Below, piece by piece: positions 19,604 to 27,893 of a stretch of DNA of 64,000 bases. Made by a program: the position numbers and the translations under genes. Within the stretch, counting starts at the first letter, position 1. Each line of letters begins with the position of its first letter. The DNA is from Candidatus Micrarchaeota archaeon (GTDB taxonomy: Archaea > Micrarchaeota > Micrarchaeia > Anstonellales > Bilamarchaeaceae): the NCBI GenBank assembly GCA_040753215.1, contig JBFMEZ010000029.1, forward strand, positions 1-64,000, given 5' to 3'. Below the pieces are notes generated by a model that was not told the origin of the DNA, made no database searches, and saw only the letters and a program-made list of their open reading frames with translations.

Positions 19604-19611
19604 TGAATTAG

Positions 19612-20004
19612 GTGCCACCGTTGCATGAAGATGTATTTCATAAGGCCCTTTCAAGCGGGATGAGAAGGGATATTGTTTCCCTTCTTGCAAAGAAGGAGAT
19701 GTACCTTTCTGAGCTTGCCGAGCGCCTTAAGAAAAAGCCCCAGAACATAGATTTTCACCTGAGGCTTCTGGAGGAAGTCGGGCTGGTCGGCAGTAGCGTA
19801 AAAGGCGGAAAGAAGTATTATTGCCTCAAGGACCCTCGCGTTGCTGATTTTGTTTCCAAAGGTGGGCCGGTCCCCCCGGAGCTGAGACCAAAGCCGCCGC
19901 ATGAAATGGTTGCAGAGATAGGCGAAGAACTCAACCAAAGGATGGGACGGATTGAGAAGAGGCTGGAAAGAATAGAGCAGATTCTTGCGCGCGGGAAGAA
20001 ATGA
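19612..20004 (+). CDS. ArsR/SmtB family transcriptional regulator
   Basis: KALSSGMRRDI...FHLRLLEEVGLV wHTH. Confidence 0.88.
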   Translation: MPPLHEDVFHKALSSGMRRDIVSLLAKKEMYLSELAERLKKKPQNIDFHLRLLEEVGLVGSSVKGGKKYYCLKDPRVADFVSKGGPVPPELRPKPPHEMVAEIGEELNQRMGRIEKRLERIEQILARGKK

Positions 20005-20046
20005 CGCTTCTTTTTAAAAACCTATTATGGCTAATCTTTTTCTTAC

Positions 20047-20135
20047 GGGGCTATGGCGTAACTTGGTAGCGCGGCAGGCTCCAGGCCTTCGCAAGAAGAA
20101 ACCTGCATGCTAGGGTTCAAATCCCTATGGCCCCA
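20047..20135 (+). tRNA. tRNA-Trp(CCA) with ~16-nt intron (20085-20100)
   Basis: GGGGCTA/TGGCCCC acceptor; GCAGG-CT-CCA-G[intron]A-CCTGC; GGTTCAAATCC. Confidence 0.9.
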
Positions 20136-20190
20136 TGACAAGAGTTAAAAAGAATAGCGGACAGAATTACCTCCGCTTAAGGTGCAGAGT

Positions 20191-20367
20191 ATGGCTTCTC
20201 AAACGCTCAACAATTTCGAACTTGCAAGACTGGTCGGGGCGAGGGCGCTCCAGCTGTCCCTGGGCGCGCCGCCGCTCGTAAAGCCGGAGCCGACGATGAG
20301 CTTCCTGGAAGTAGCAAGGATTGAATTCGAGAAAGGAGTAATCCCCCTGGCGATAGCGAGAGAATAA
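20191..20367 (+). CDS. rpoK: RNA polymerase subunit K (Rpo6)
   Basis: FELARLVGARALQLSLGAP. Confidence 0.95.
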   Translation: MASQTLNNFELARLVGARALQLSLGAPPLVKPEPTMSFLEVARIEFEKGVIPLAIARE

Positions 20368-20439
20368 GGGCTTGTAGCTCAGCAGCAGAGCGCTCCGTTC
20401 GCATCGGAGAGGCCGGGGGTGCGAATCCCCCCAAGTCCA
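20368..20439 (+). tRNA. tRNA-Ala(CGC)
   Basis: GGGCTTG/CAAGTCC acceptor; CTCCG-TTCGCAT-CGGAG anticodon arm. Confidence 0.92.
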
Positions 20440-20600
20440 ATTCAGTTTCCGGTTTCCAGTTTTCCGCATTTTTCTCATTCGGAACCTATGTAACCATGGT
20501 TACAACTTGTGTCTCTTCCTCAACTTTTGTTCAACAAGATTTCAGACGAGGAATTGAACTCTTTTAATACTATGATACGCATACATGCCGGTGCGTTCCA

Positions 20601-20714
20601 ATGACCGCGGACGAGAAGATAAAAAAAGGAATCTGCCCGGTTTGCGACTCGGGCCTTGTTTTTCAGGAGGGCTGCAAGGCCTGCTTCTCCTGCGGCTGGG
20701 AAGCCTGCAGCTGA
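20601..20714 (+). CDS. 37-aa zinc-ribbon miniprotein (MTADEKIKKGICPVCDSGLVFQEGCKACFSCGWEACS), resembling the class II RNR C-terminal tail
   Basis: Manually translated; CPxC-x3-LVFQEGC-xx-C-x-SCGW-xx-C; below the ORF-track cutoff. Confidence 0.75.
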   Translation: MTADEKIKKGICPVCDSGLVFQEGCKACFSCGWEACS

Positions 20715-22054
20715 TCCAGCACTTCTTCGAGGACCTCTTTCGTATATCCCCTCTTTATCTTCAGTGATGCAGCCCTTCCGTGCCCGCCGCCTGCTTCTAC
20801 GAGGCTCCCCATCTTCCTTTTCACCGCATCGATCACCCTGCCTGCATTCACTCCCCGCAGCACCGCATTCTCGGTGAGCCTGAAAGAGATTCCCCCTTCC
20901 CAGACCCCAAGCACAACCACCGCACCCTCATGCATCACAAGCTCGAACGCGCGCGAAGTGAGCTTCCCCTTCCCCGGGAACTCCCTTGCGCTCACCTTCT
21001 CGAAATCCACGGTATAGACCGCAACGGGCCCCTCAATCCTTTTCTTCATCAGCTTACCCACCTCCTCCTTCACGCGCTCCATCCTCTCCCGTGCCTGGAA
21101 CAGGATGGACGCATACAATTCCCTCTCCCCCAGCGCATGCTCGTAGAATTCCAGCCGGTTCCCGAACTCCGCATAGGTCGCCATATAATCTATCACGAGC
21201 GCCTTCTCCCTGTCCTCGTCCGAAACAGGCATTATTCCGCTCTTGTCACCGGCGCAGGCGATTTTCGCAAGCCACTCCAGATCCTTAATCCCGCACGCGC
21301 CCGCAACTTCGCAGGCAAGGTATCCGGCAGGGTAGGCGGACGCCTCCTCCTCTTCGCTCACCGCCCATGGGCTCAGGAAAACCGAGCAGAAGTTCTCCAC
21401 GCCCTTTTCCGGAGGATGGTGGTCGATTAAGATTATCTCCGCCCCCCCGGCCTTCACTATCTCCAGCCCCTCCCGGCTTTCCTCACCGCTTCCGCAGTCC
21501 ACAATCACCACAAGCGGGTTTCTCTCATGCCTTATGGAATTCACATCCCGCATCGCATCCGCGACGCGGTAAAGCGCAGAGTTCTGCTGGTGGCTCTGGA
21601 CGTTTCCCAGTACTTTTGTGAGCGCAAGCGCACCCGCAACCCCGTCCGCATCGTTGTGGAATTTCAGCAACACAAACCTCCCGAGCTTCTTCGCCGCAAG
21701 CAGCTTCTTCGCAACCAGTTCCATCCGCTCCCGCAGCTTCTCAACCAGCCCATCAGCCAGGAGCTTCTCGTGCTGCACCTGCGCATTCTCTTCGGCCCTG
21801 CGGAGCACTGCTGCATACGCCGCAGGCCTCCTTTCCATCTTCTCCGGCTTAAGCACAAAGAACCCCCGCTCGCTCACCACGGTCCCGCTTACAAAATACG
21901 CATCTCCCATTTTGTAGAATTCCCTGGAATGCATTTCTACCTCGGCTTCCCCATCGCTAAGAATGTAGATAGTGTAATCCCTTCCTTTCTTCGCAGAGGA
22001 AACAACGCATTCCGCCTCCACGCGCTTCCCCTCGCCCAGATTCCGAAAACCCAT
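20663..22054 (-). CDS. RecJ-like DHH family nuclease with putative N-terminal OB fold
   Basis: HNDADG, IVDCGS, IDHH, GGGHGRAAS. Confidence 0.88.
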   Translation of the reverse strand: MGFRNLGEGKRVEAECVVSSAKKGRDYTIYILSDGEAEVEMHSREFYKMGDAYFVSGTVVSERGFFVLKPEKMERRPAAYAAVLRRAEENAQVQHEKLLADGLVEKLRERMELVAKKLLAAKKLGRFVLLKFHNDADGVAGALALTKVLGNVQSHQQNSALYRVADAMRDVNSIRHERNPLVVIVDCGSGEESREGLEIVKAGGAEIILIDHHPPEKGVENFCSVFLSPWAVSEEEEASAYPAGYLACEVAGACGIKDLEWLAKIACAGDKSGIMPVSDEDREKALVIDYMATYAEFGNRLEFYEHALGERELYASILFQARERMERVKEEVGKLMKKRIEGPVAVYTVDFEKVSAREFPGKGKLTSRAFELVMHEGAVVVLGVWEGGISFRLTENAVLRGVNAGRVIDAVKRKMGSLVEAGGGHGRAASLKIKRGYTKEVLEEVLDQLQASQPQEKQALQPS

Positions 22055-22090
22055 GCATTCATTTTCCGCCCCAACCCTTAAAAAAGCCAA

Positions 22091-22501
22091 ATGGAAAATC
22101 GTAGCATGCACAGGTTCCTTGAGCACACCGCCGATGTCTTCCTTGAAGCAAAGGCAAAAACCTTCCCCGGCGCCGTAGAAGATGCGATTGAGGGAACGTT
22201 CGAGCTTATAGGAAAGGGGAAGAAGGAAGACGCGCAATTCGAAATCTCTTACTCTGCGGACGAGCTGCCCAAACTGATCGTGAAGTTTCTTGAAACCCTC
22301 GTCGTGGAATGCGAACTGCAGAAGGTCTCCCCCCGGCGCGTCGAAATCATCGAAGCGGATGAGAACAAAAAAACCATCCGCGCAAAAATCTACGGAGAGA
22401 AAAAAGTCCCGAAAAACATCATAAAAGCGGTAACCTACCATATGCTTGAAGTGAAAAAAGAGAAGGCCTACTGGATAATCAGAGTGCTGTTCGACATCTA
22501 A
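22091..22501 (+). CDS. Archease
   Basis: EHTADV, IKAVTYH, C-terminal VLFDI. Confidence 0.95.
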   Translation: MENRSMHRFLEHTADVFLEAKAKTFPGAVEDAIEGTFELIGKGKKEDAQFEISYSADELPKLIVKFLETLVVECELQKVSPRRVEIIEADENKKTIRAKIYGEKKVPKNIIKAVTYHMLEVKKEKAYWIIRVLFDI

Positions 22502-22534
22502 GAAATGTAACCATGGTTACATGCCAGTTCTCTG

Positions 22535-22590
22535 TCAAACCATGAAGCCACGGGAGAAAAGGGAAATGAATGAGCGGCTTCACGGTTTGA
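22535..22590. repeat. Stem-loop element TCAAACCRTGAAGCC-N25/26-GGCTTCACGGTTTGA (copy 1)
   Basis: 15-bp inverted repeat; second copy at 32271-32325. Confidence 0.8.
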
Positions 22591-22620
22591 GTTTCCGGTT
22601 TCCCGTTTTCGGTCGCGGGG

Positions 22621-24243
22621 CTAGGTTCCGCAGCTAAAAGGCTGGCAAATCTCTTCAGATTTTCTATCGGCTGTTGCCGACCCTTGGTTAAGGAGCGCCT
22701 CTCCAATGCTGTATAGCAACATCAGCATCGATGCAGCATGCACGATTCTGAAGTACCACTTGACATACGCCGGGCAGCCTCTTTGCGAGAGAGCTTTTTC
22801 TACGGAGGGCGAATAAAAAAGCCGGCATATTTCATTCTCAAAAAGTCTGCCTTTTTCAGTCAAACGAATAATGCTTCCTTCTACAGAAATTAGCCCATCT
22901 TCTTGCAAGCTCCGGAGCTTTTCGTTAATGCGATGCTTGCGCAAAAAGTGGGCAACTCTCCATTCCCCAACCACCTCGCATACGGCTTTCAGGTCTATTC
23001 CAAATTTTATTCCATGTACAATAAGTCCCGCAAAGACTTCTTCAGGGCTTAATGGCAATGCGTGCGCAATTGCCGACCCACGTTTGTTCATCAGGTCAAT
23101 GTATGCCTCTGCACTTTCCACATTACGATAGAAAAAGCCGTTCGCATGAGAATATGCGGATGAACCTACGCCTACCATATCTGTTATGGTGCTGCTGCGG
23201 GCCCTCTTGAAACTGTCTTTAAATTTTCCACCCCTTACAAATTTGTCGCCATATTCCCGTACATACCCCAATTCCATCGTTCTTTCAAATATCATAATCC
23301 TGGCGATATGACTTTCCATCTCGTCACCATATTCTTGTGGCCTGCTTTCTATGAAACGAAAATCAGCAGCATCTGGTGTGGCCCTCTGGTTGTACCATGT
23401 CACTGAAGGCGGCAGAAGCTCTGCTATGATGTCAAGGTCGCGTTGAATCGATTCAAGCGTTTGGCCACGAAGGTCTTGAATGAGATCTATATTTACATTT
23501 TCAAATAAGCCCATTGCAGTCTTGACTGCTGCATGAGCAACTTCACCGCCATACCGCCTAGCGACGTTTGCAAGTACCGCATCATCGAATGATTGGATTC
23601 CAATGCTCAATCGGTTCACTCCTTTTGCCCTAAGCATTTCGAGCTTCTCCTTTCCTTCGGGGGCCATGATTGTGGGCGGGCTCCCTTCGATGCAAAAAGG
23701 CAATCCTTCGGCAGGAGCATAATTACTTCTAACGAAGTCAATCAATGCGCCCAGTTGGGCTCTTGAAAGTATTGTCGGAGTACCGCCACCAATATAGATA
23801 GAGTTTAGTTTCGAACCGTTTGCTCCCAATCTTTTCGCATATGCAGCAAGCTCAATCTTCAGGGCGCCCAGATAATCTTCTACGTCCTGTGTTCTGCCAT
23901 GCGGCACGTCCGCATCATATGGGCAGAATGTGCAGCGTGTTTCGCAGAATGCTATATGAATGTATAAGTCGACTAACGGCCCTAACCGCTCAGCTGTCCA
24001 GACCTCGCTTCCAGAAGAGGGCCGCAGGGCAAAGAGCGGAGGGTAGGTGACAGTGGTATGCGAACCTCCCATGTCAAATCTTGATTTATGAATGCGGACT
24101 CCATCAAGCCCTATCTTCTGATAGATGGAATACGCCCGCCGGGCCAAGTCGCTTGGCAGATCGGTCTGAGGGTCGAATTTCCTAAAGGGAGGCCCGGGAT
24201 TGGTTTCGTGGACGGTTCGTGCTGTCAATAGGCGCTTTCCCAT
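22621..24243 (-). CDS. Radical SAM protein, HemN/coproporphyrinogen III oxidase-like family
   Basis: LYIHIAFCETRCTFC, IYIGGGTPT, RLSIGIQSF, NIDLI, RLTEKG. Confidence 0.9.
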   Translation of the reverse strand: MGKRLLTARTVHETNPGPPFRKFDPQTDLPSDLARRAYSIYQKIGLDGVRIHKSRFDMGGSHTTVTYPPLFALRPSSGSEVWTAERLGPLVDLYIHIAFCETRCTFCPYDADVPHGRTQDVEDYLGALKIELAAYAKRLGANGSKLNSIYIGGGTPTILSRAQLGALIDFVRSNYAPAEGLPFCIEGSPPTIMAPEGKEKLEMLRAKGVNRLSIGIQSFDDAVLANVARRYGGEVAHAAVKTAMGLFENVNIDLIQDLRGQTLESIQRDLDIIAELLPPSVTWYNQRATPDAADFRFIESRPQEYGDEMESHIARIMIFERTMELGYVREYGDKFVRGGKFKDSFKRARSSTITDMVGVGSSAYSHANGFFYRNVESAEAYIDLMNKRGSAIAHALPLSPEEVFAGLIVHGIKFGIDLKAVCEVVGEWRVAHFLRKHRINEKLRSLQEDGLISVEGSIIRLTEKGRLFENEICRLFYSPSVEKALSQRGCPAYVKWYFRIVHAASMLMLLYSIGEALLNQGSATADRKSEEICQPFSCGT

Positions 24244-24376
24244 AAATTATAACTATTGGTAAATGCTTTAAAATCTGCCGATAAATCCGCGACTTCCCAA
24301 TGTATAGTCAATGTAACTATGGTTACAAAACCAGCTTTCAGTTCCCTGTTTACAGTTTTCGGATTCAGCAAGTTGA

Positions 24377-24964
24377 TTATTTCTTTACTTTAAACATCCT
24401 CCCATGCCCTGGAATTATGTAATCCGCTGCTTCCAGAAGTTTTTTCCGACTCTCAATCAGCTTTCCCATGTCCATCCCCTTTGCCTGCGAATGGTCCTTC
24501 TGGTCGATATGAAATGCCTGCTCCTCGCCCTCAACCCACCAGATGACGTCGCCGGCAATCGCTATTTTCCCTTTCGAAGTATTAACTATAAGCGAGAGAT
24601 GCTCCAGCACGTGCCCCGGCGTTTCAACAACCTCAATATCCTTCCCCAGCACATGCTTCCCGAACACCCGCAGCCGGTCCCCATCATACATCAAATTGCT
24701 GTCAAAGGTTACAAATTTCGCCTTCCCAAAAATCCCTGCAAGCAGAATATGGTCATGATGGCAATGGGACAGGAAAACATAATCAATGTCATCCGTACCC
24801 AAGCCCTCCCTCCCCAGCGCATCCAACAATTTTCTGCGGTTGCAGCCCGGGTCCGTGATTATTTTTTTACTTCCCGTGGTAACCAGACACGTGGTGGAGC
24901 TCGCCACCCACCCATTCCCCAGCTCTTTAGCGTACCCTTCAATCAAAACTTTCACTTCAGCCAT
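24377..24964 (-). CDS. MBL-fold metallo-hydrolase
   Basis: SHCHHDH, TPGH, AGD, IIPGHG. Confidence 0.9.
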   Translation of the reverse strand: MAEVKVLIEGYAKELGNGWVASSTTCLVTTGSKKIITDPGCNRRKLLDALGREGLGTDDIDYVFLSHCHHDHILLAGIFGKAKFVTFDSNLMYDGDRLRVFGKHVLGKDIEVVETPGHVLEHLSLIVNTSKGKIAIAGDVIWWVEGEEQAFHIDQKDHSQAKGMDMGKLIESRKKLLEAADYIIPGHGRMFKVKK

Positions 24965-24990
24965 GCCATTAAATTGAAATAGATTATTTA

Positions 24991-25560
24991 TCAAACTTTC
25001 TTTTTGGAACACGGACTCAAGAAATTCTCCAGAAGCATCTTCCCACTACTCCCGGACACTTCCGGATGGAATTGCACGCCATAAATCCTCTTTTCCTTAT
25101 GTTTCATGGCTTCATTATCGCACGATTCCGACTTTGCGAGCAGATAAAACCTATCTGGCAGGGTTATGTGCTCCGAGTGCTCCTCCCGAAAAAGAGAGCG
25201 ATTCTTCACCCCCCGCCACAATTCATCATCCCTATTTATCTCAATTCGCTCTTTTTTATTGATCAGTTTGCCAATACTGATTCCAGAGCCGTATTCCAGC
25301 CCGATTATCTGGTGCCCGAAACAGATTCCGAGTATCGGGACTTTTACAGTTTTGACAAACCCAAAAAGTTTCAGGTATTTTTGCAAATCAACCTTAGTAA
25401 GAAGTATTGGAGCTCCAGAAATTATTATTCCGGAGAAGGATTCAAATCTGCAGCCCTTTATCCCATCCAAACCAATTACTCTGAACGAATAGCCCAACCC
25501 AATCAGATTCTTCTTGATTTCCTCAAGCCAAGAAGTGCCGCAATCAATGATGCAAATCAT
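24991..25560 (-). CDS. Class I glutamine amidotransferase (GMP synthase subunit A-like)
   Basis: PILGICFGHQ, GVQFHPE. Confidence 0.9.
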   Translation of the reverse strand: MICIIDCGTSWLEEIKKNLIGLGYSFRVIGLDGIKGCRFESFSGIIISGAPILLTKVDLQKYLKLFGFVKTVKVPILGICFGHQIIGLEYGSGISIGKLINKKERIEINRDDELWRGVKNRSLFREEHSEHITLPDRFYLLAKSESCDNEAMKHKEKRIYGVQFHPEVSGSSGKMLLENFLSPCSKKKV

Positions 25561-25561
25561 T

Positions 25562-26173
25562 TTATTTCCCCGGCTCGTACCTAACTCTCCTCCCTTCCAC
25601 AATGTAGCGCCCTTTGGAAAAATTCGCCACCACCTTCCTCATCGTCTTATGCTCATAAGGAAGAATCCTGTCCGCCACCTCATGCACATCCTTGCAGTCC
25701 CCGATATATACTGCCGTCTGCTCAATTATGGGCCCCGTGTCCGTCCCCTCATCCACGAAATGCACGGTGCAGCCGCTCACCTTCACTCCGTGCTCAAACG
25801 CCTGCTTCTGCGCCTCCAGCCCCCTGAAGGAAGGCAGCAAAGCAGGATGTATATTTATCATCCTGTTTCTGAAAGGCTCCAGAAGCTCCCTGCTTATAAT
25901 CCTCATATACCCCGCAAGCACGACCAGCTCCGCCGCCCTCCCTTTTAGGACCTCCGCAATCTTCGCATTCATCTCTTCCCTGCTTTTGAATTTTTTCCTC
26001 TCCACAACCTCAACCGGAATCCCGTTTTCCTTTGCTCTCTCAATCGCCTTCGCCTCCGGGTTGTCCGTAACCAGCACCACAACCTTCCCGTCTATCTCTC
26101 CTTCCTTAATCCCGTCTATTATAGCCTGTAAGTTGCTCCCCCTCCCGCTTGCAAGCACCCCTATCCTAATCAT
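25562..26173 (-). CDS. purN: Phosphoribosylglycinamide formyltransferase
   Basis: SGRGSNLQA, LAGYMRI, NIHPALLPSF, GCTVHFVD. Confidence 0.97.
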   Translation of the reverse strand: MIRIGVLASGRGSNLQAIIDGIKEGEIDGKVVVLVTDNPEAKAIERAKENGIPVEVVERKKFKSREEMNAKIAEVLKGRAAELVVLAGYMRIISRELLEPFRNRMINIHPALLPSFRGLEAQKQAFEHGVKVSGCTVHFVDEGTDTGPIIEQTAVYIGDCKDVHEVADRILPYEHKTMRKVVANFSKGRYIVEGRRVRYEPGK

Positions 26174-26733
26174 CTTTTCACTCTTATAGTCTCCTTATTA
26201 GTAATAATTATATTAATGGGCACGTCATGCCTCTCCGCGGGCACCTCCCCCACCACCTGAAAATCAAAACAAAGCCCCACCAGCACCTTCGGCTTCGGCC
26301 CCTCCCCCCTCAGATACCTGTCATAATACCCCTTCCCCATCCCCAACCTGTTCCCTCTCCCGTCCACCGCCACCAGCGGCACGACCATCAAATCGATGCC
26401 CTTCCCTCCGAACTCCTCGCCCACCGGCTCCATTATCCCATACGGCCCCCTCTTCATCTCCCCGTTCTTCTCATAATACACAAACCTGAGTTTTCCCTCT
26501 TTTACAATAGGAAGCAGCACCTCCTCCGCATGCGCCGCCTCCTCGACCACGCCCCACGTATCAACCTCATCTTTTTTGGACAAATAGAGCGCAACAACAT
26601 GCGCACTGTGGAATTCTTCCAGGTCAAGCAGTCTCTCCGCAATCCTCCTGCTCATCTCATGCTTCTCTTCTTCCGGCATGTTCTTTCTGAGCTGTAGCAT
26701 CCTTTTCCGCAACATATTTTTCTCTTCATTCAT
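26170..26733 (-). CDS. 5-formyltetrahydrofolate cyclo-ligase
   Basis: GIMEP, RLGMGKGYYDR, HDVP. Confidence 0.93.
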   Translation of the reverse strand: MNEEKNMLRKRMLQLRKNMPEEEKHEMSRRIAERLLDLEEFHSAHVVALYLSKKDEVDTWGVVEEAAHAEEVLLPIVKEGKLRFVYYEKNGEMKRGPYGIMEPVGEEFGGKGIDLMVVPLVAVDGRGNRLGMGKGYYDRYLRGEGPKPKVLVGLCFDFQVVGEVPAERHDVPINIIITNKETIRVKR

Positions 26734-26737
26734 GCAA

Positions 26738-27769
26738 TCATCTGAATGGCCGTGAGTTCCTTCTCAGCTGCATCAGCTCCGGCCCCGCAAACAGGCTCAG
26801 ACTCCTCTTCGCCCTTTCCAGTTCCAGCGGGTCCATGGCTGCCCTCAGGTCCGCATCAATCAATACCGCCGGGTACGCGTAATTCCTGTTTATTTTTGAA
26901 AGCGAGGCAATCACTCCAACAACCTCCCCATACTTTCTTACTCCTTCAAGAAATTCCACCCTCAGCGGCCGGTCTCCGCCCACCGGCTTGATGTAAGTAA
27001 TCCTCACCCTATCCCCCCACTCGCCCAGGTCCTTCAGCACCGCATGCTGCTTGGGGTTTGAGGAATAGTGCAGCACGCAGCTCCTCTCCCCCTCCCTCAG
27101 CATATGGTTCAGAAAAACCGTATCCGCGCACCTCTCTCCGGTGTGCTTCCCGAGCACCTCCATCATCCGCTTCCCGCGCGAATCCTTCACCACGCCCGCA
27201 ACGCATACTCCGCTCTCCGCACAGAATCCGAACAGCTCCCTGTACCTCTTAATCAGCAATAAATAATCCTCATACAAAGCCGAATCCTCCCCCGGCTTGT
27301 CGCAAGCTAGGGGCACAACCGACCCGTCCAGGAAAAGATACTCCGGCCTCTCCTTCCTTGCGGTCTCCAGCGCATTCCGTATCTCCAGGTTCAGCCTGAA
27401 AATGGAGCGGTGCCAGTTCACCTCCCTCTCATCCAGCCCCGTTTTCACATCATAAGCCGGCTGAGGGAATGCCGCCGGGTAATACGAGCATGACTCCAGC
27501 CCTCCGCCTCCGTACACAAAAGTTGAAGAAACCGCCTTCCCTATGAGCAGGTCAGCCCCGTGCATCTCGTAATTGAGGATTCCGCCGTCCACCGCGCTGA
27601 CTTTGGTGGTTTCCCGTCCCCAGTTTCCCGTCTCCAGCGGCATTATCAATGAAGGCTCAAGCATCTCCTGCGTCCTGGGCGCGAGCTCCCTCACCCTGGC
27701 CGCTTCGCTCTTCCTCCTGCCCTCAATCCGCGCAATGCAGTCCGCCGCTTTCCTGAGCTCTTCGAGCAT
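26738..27769 (-). CDS. nurA: NurA family 5'-3' nuclease
   Basis: AVDGG, LDGS, GVVKDS, YPAVLIDAD. Confidence 0.88.
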   Translation of the reverse strand: MLEELRKAADCIARIEGRRKSEAARVRELAPRTQEMLEPSLIMPLETGNWGRETTKVSAVDGGILNYEMHGADLLIGKAVSSTFVYGGGGLESCSYYPAAFPQPAYDVKTGLDEREVNWHRSIFRLNLEIRNALETARKERPEYLFLDGSVVPLACDKPGEDSALYEDYLLLIKRYRELFGFCAESGVCVAGVVKDSRGKRMMEVLGKHTGERCADTVFLNHMLREGERSCVLHYSSNPKQHAVLKDLGEWGDRVRITYIKPVGGDRPLRVEFLEGVRKYGEVVGVIASLSKINRNYAYPAVLIDADLRAAMDPLELERAKRSLSLFAGPELMQLRRNSRPFR

Positions 27770-27893
27770 ATCAGTTTCCCGTTTCCAGTTTCCCGTTTCC
27801 CCCTTTTAACTTTTTCCCAGCCCCGGTTCCGCTAATCCGGTGGTCGTTCACGAACATCTATGTTTATAAATCTTTTCCCACACTAATACCATC

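Noticed and set aside
22055..22441. N-terminal extension of the RecJ-like ORF in the track (similarly 17959-18186, 32810-32977, 47506-47709, 49703-49807, 1629-1685)
   Set aside because: These extensions overlap neighbouring genes or repeat elements; downstream ATGs fit the recognisable protein starts.
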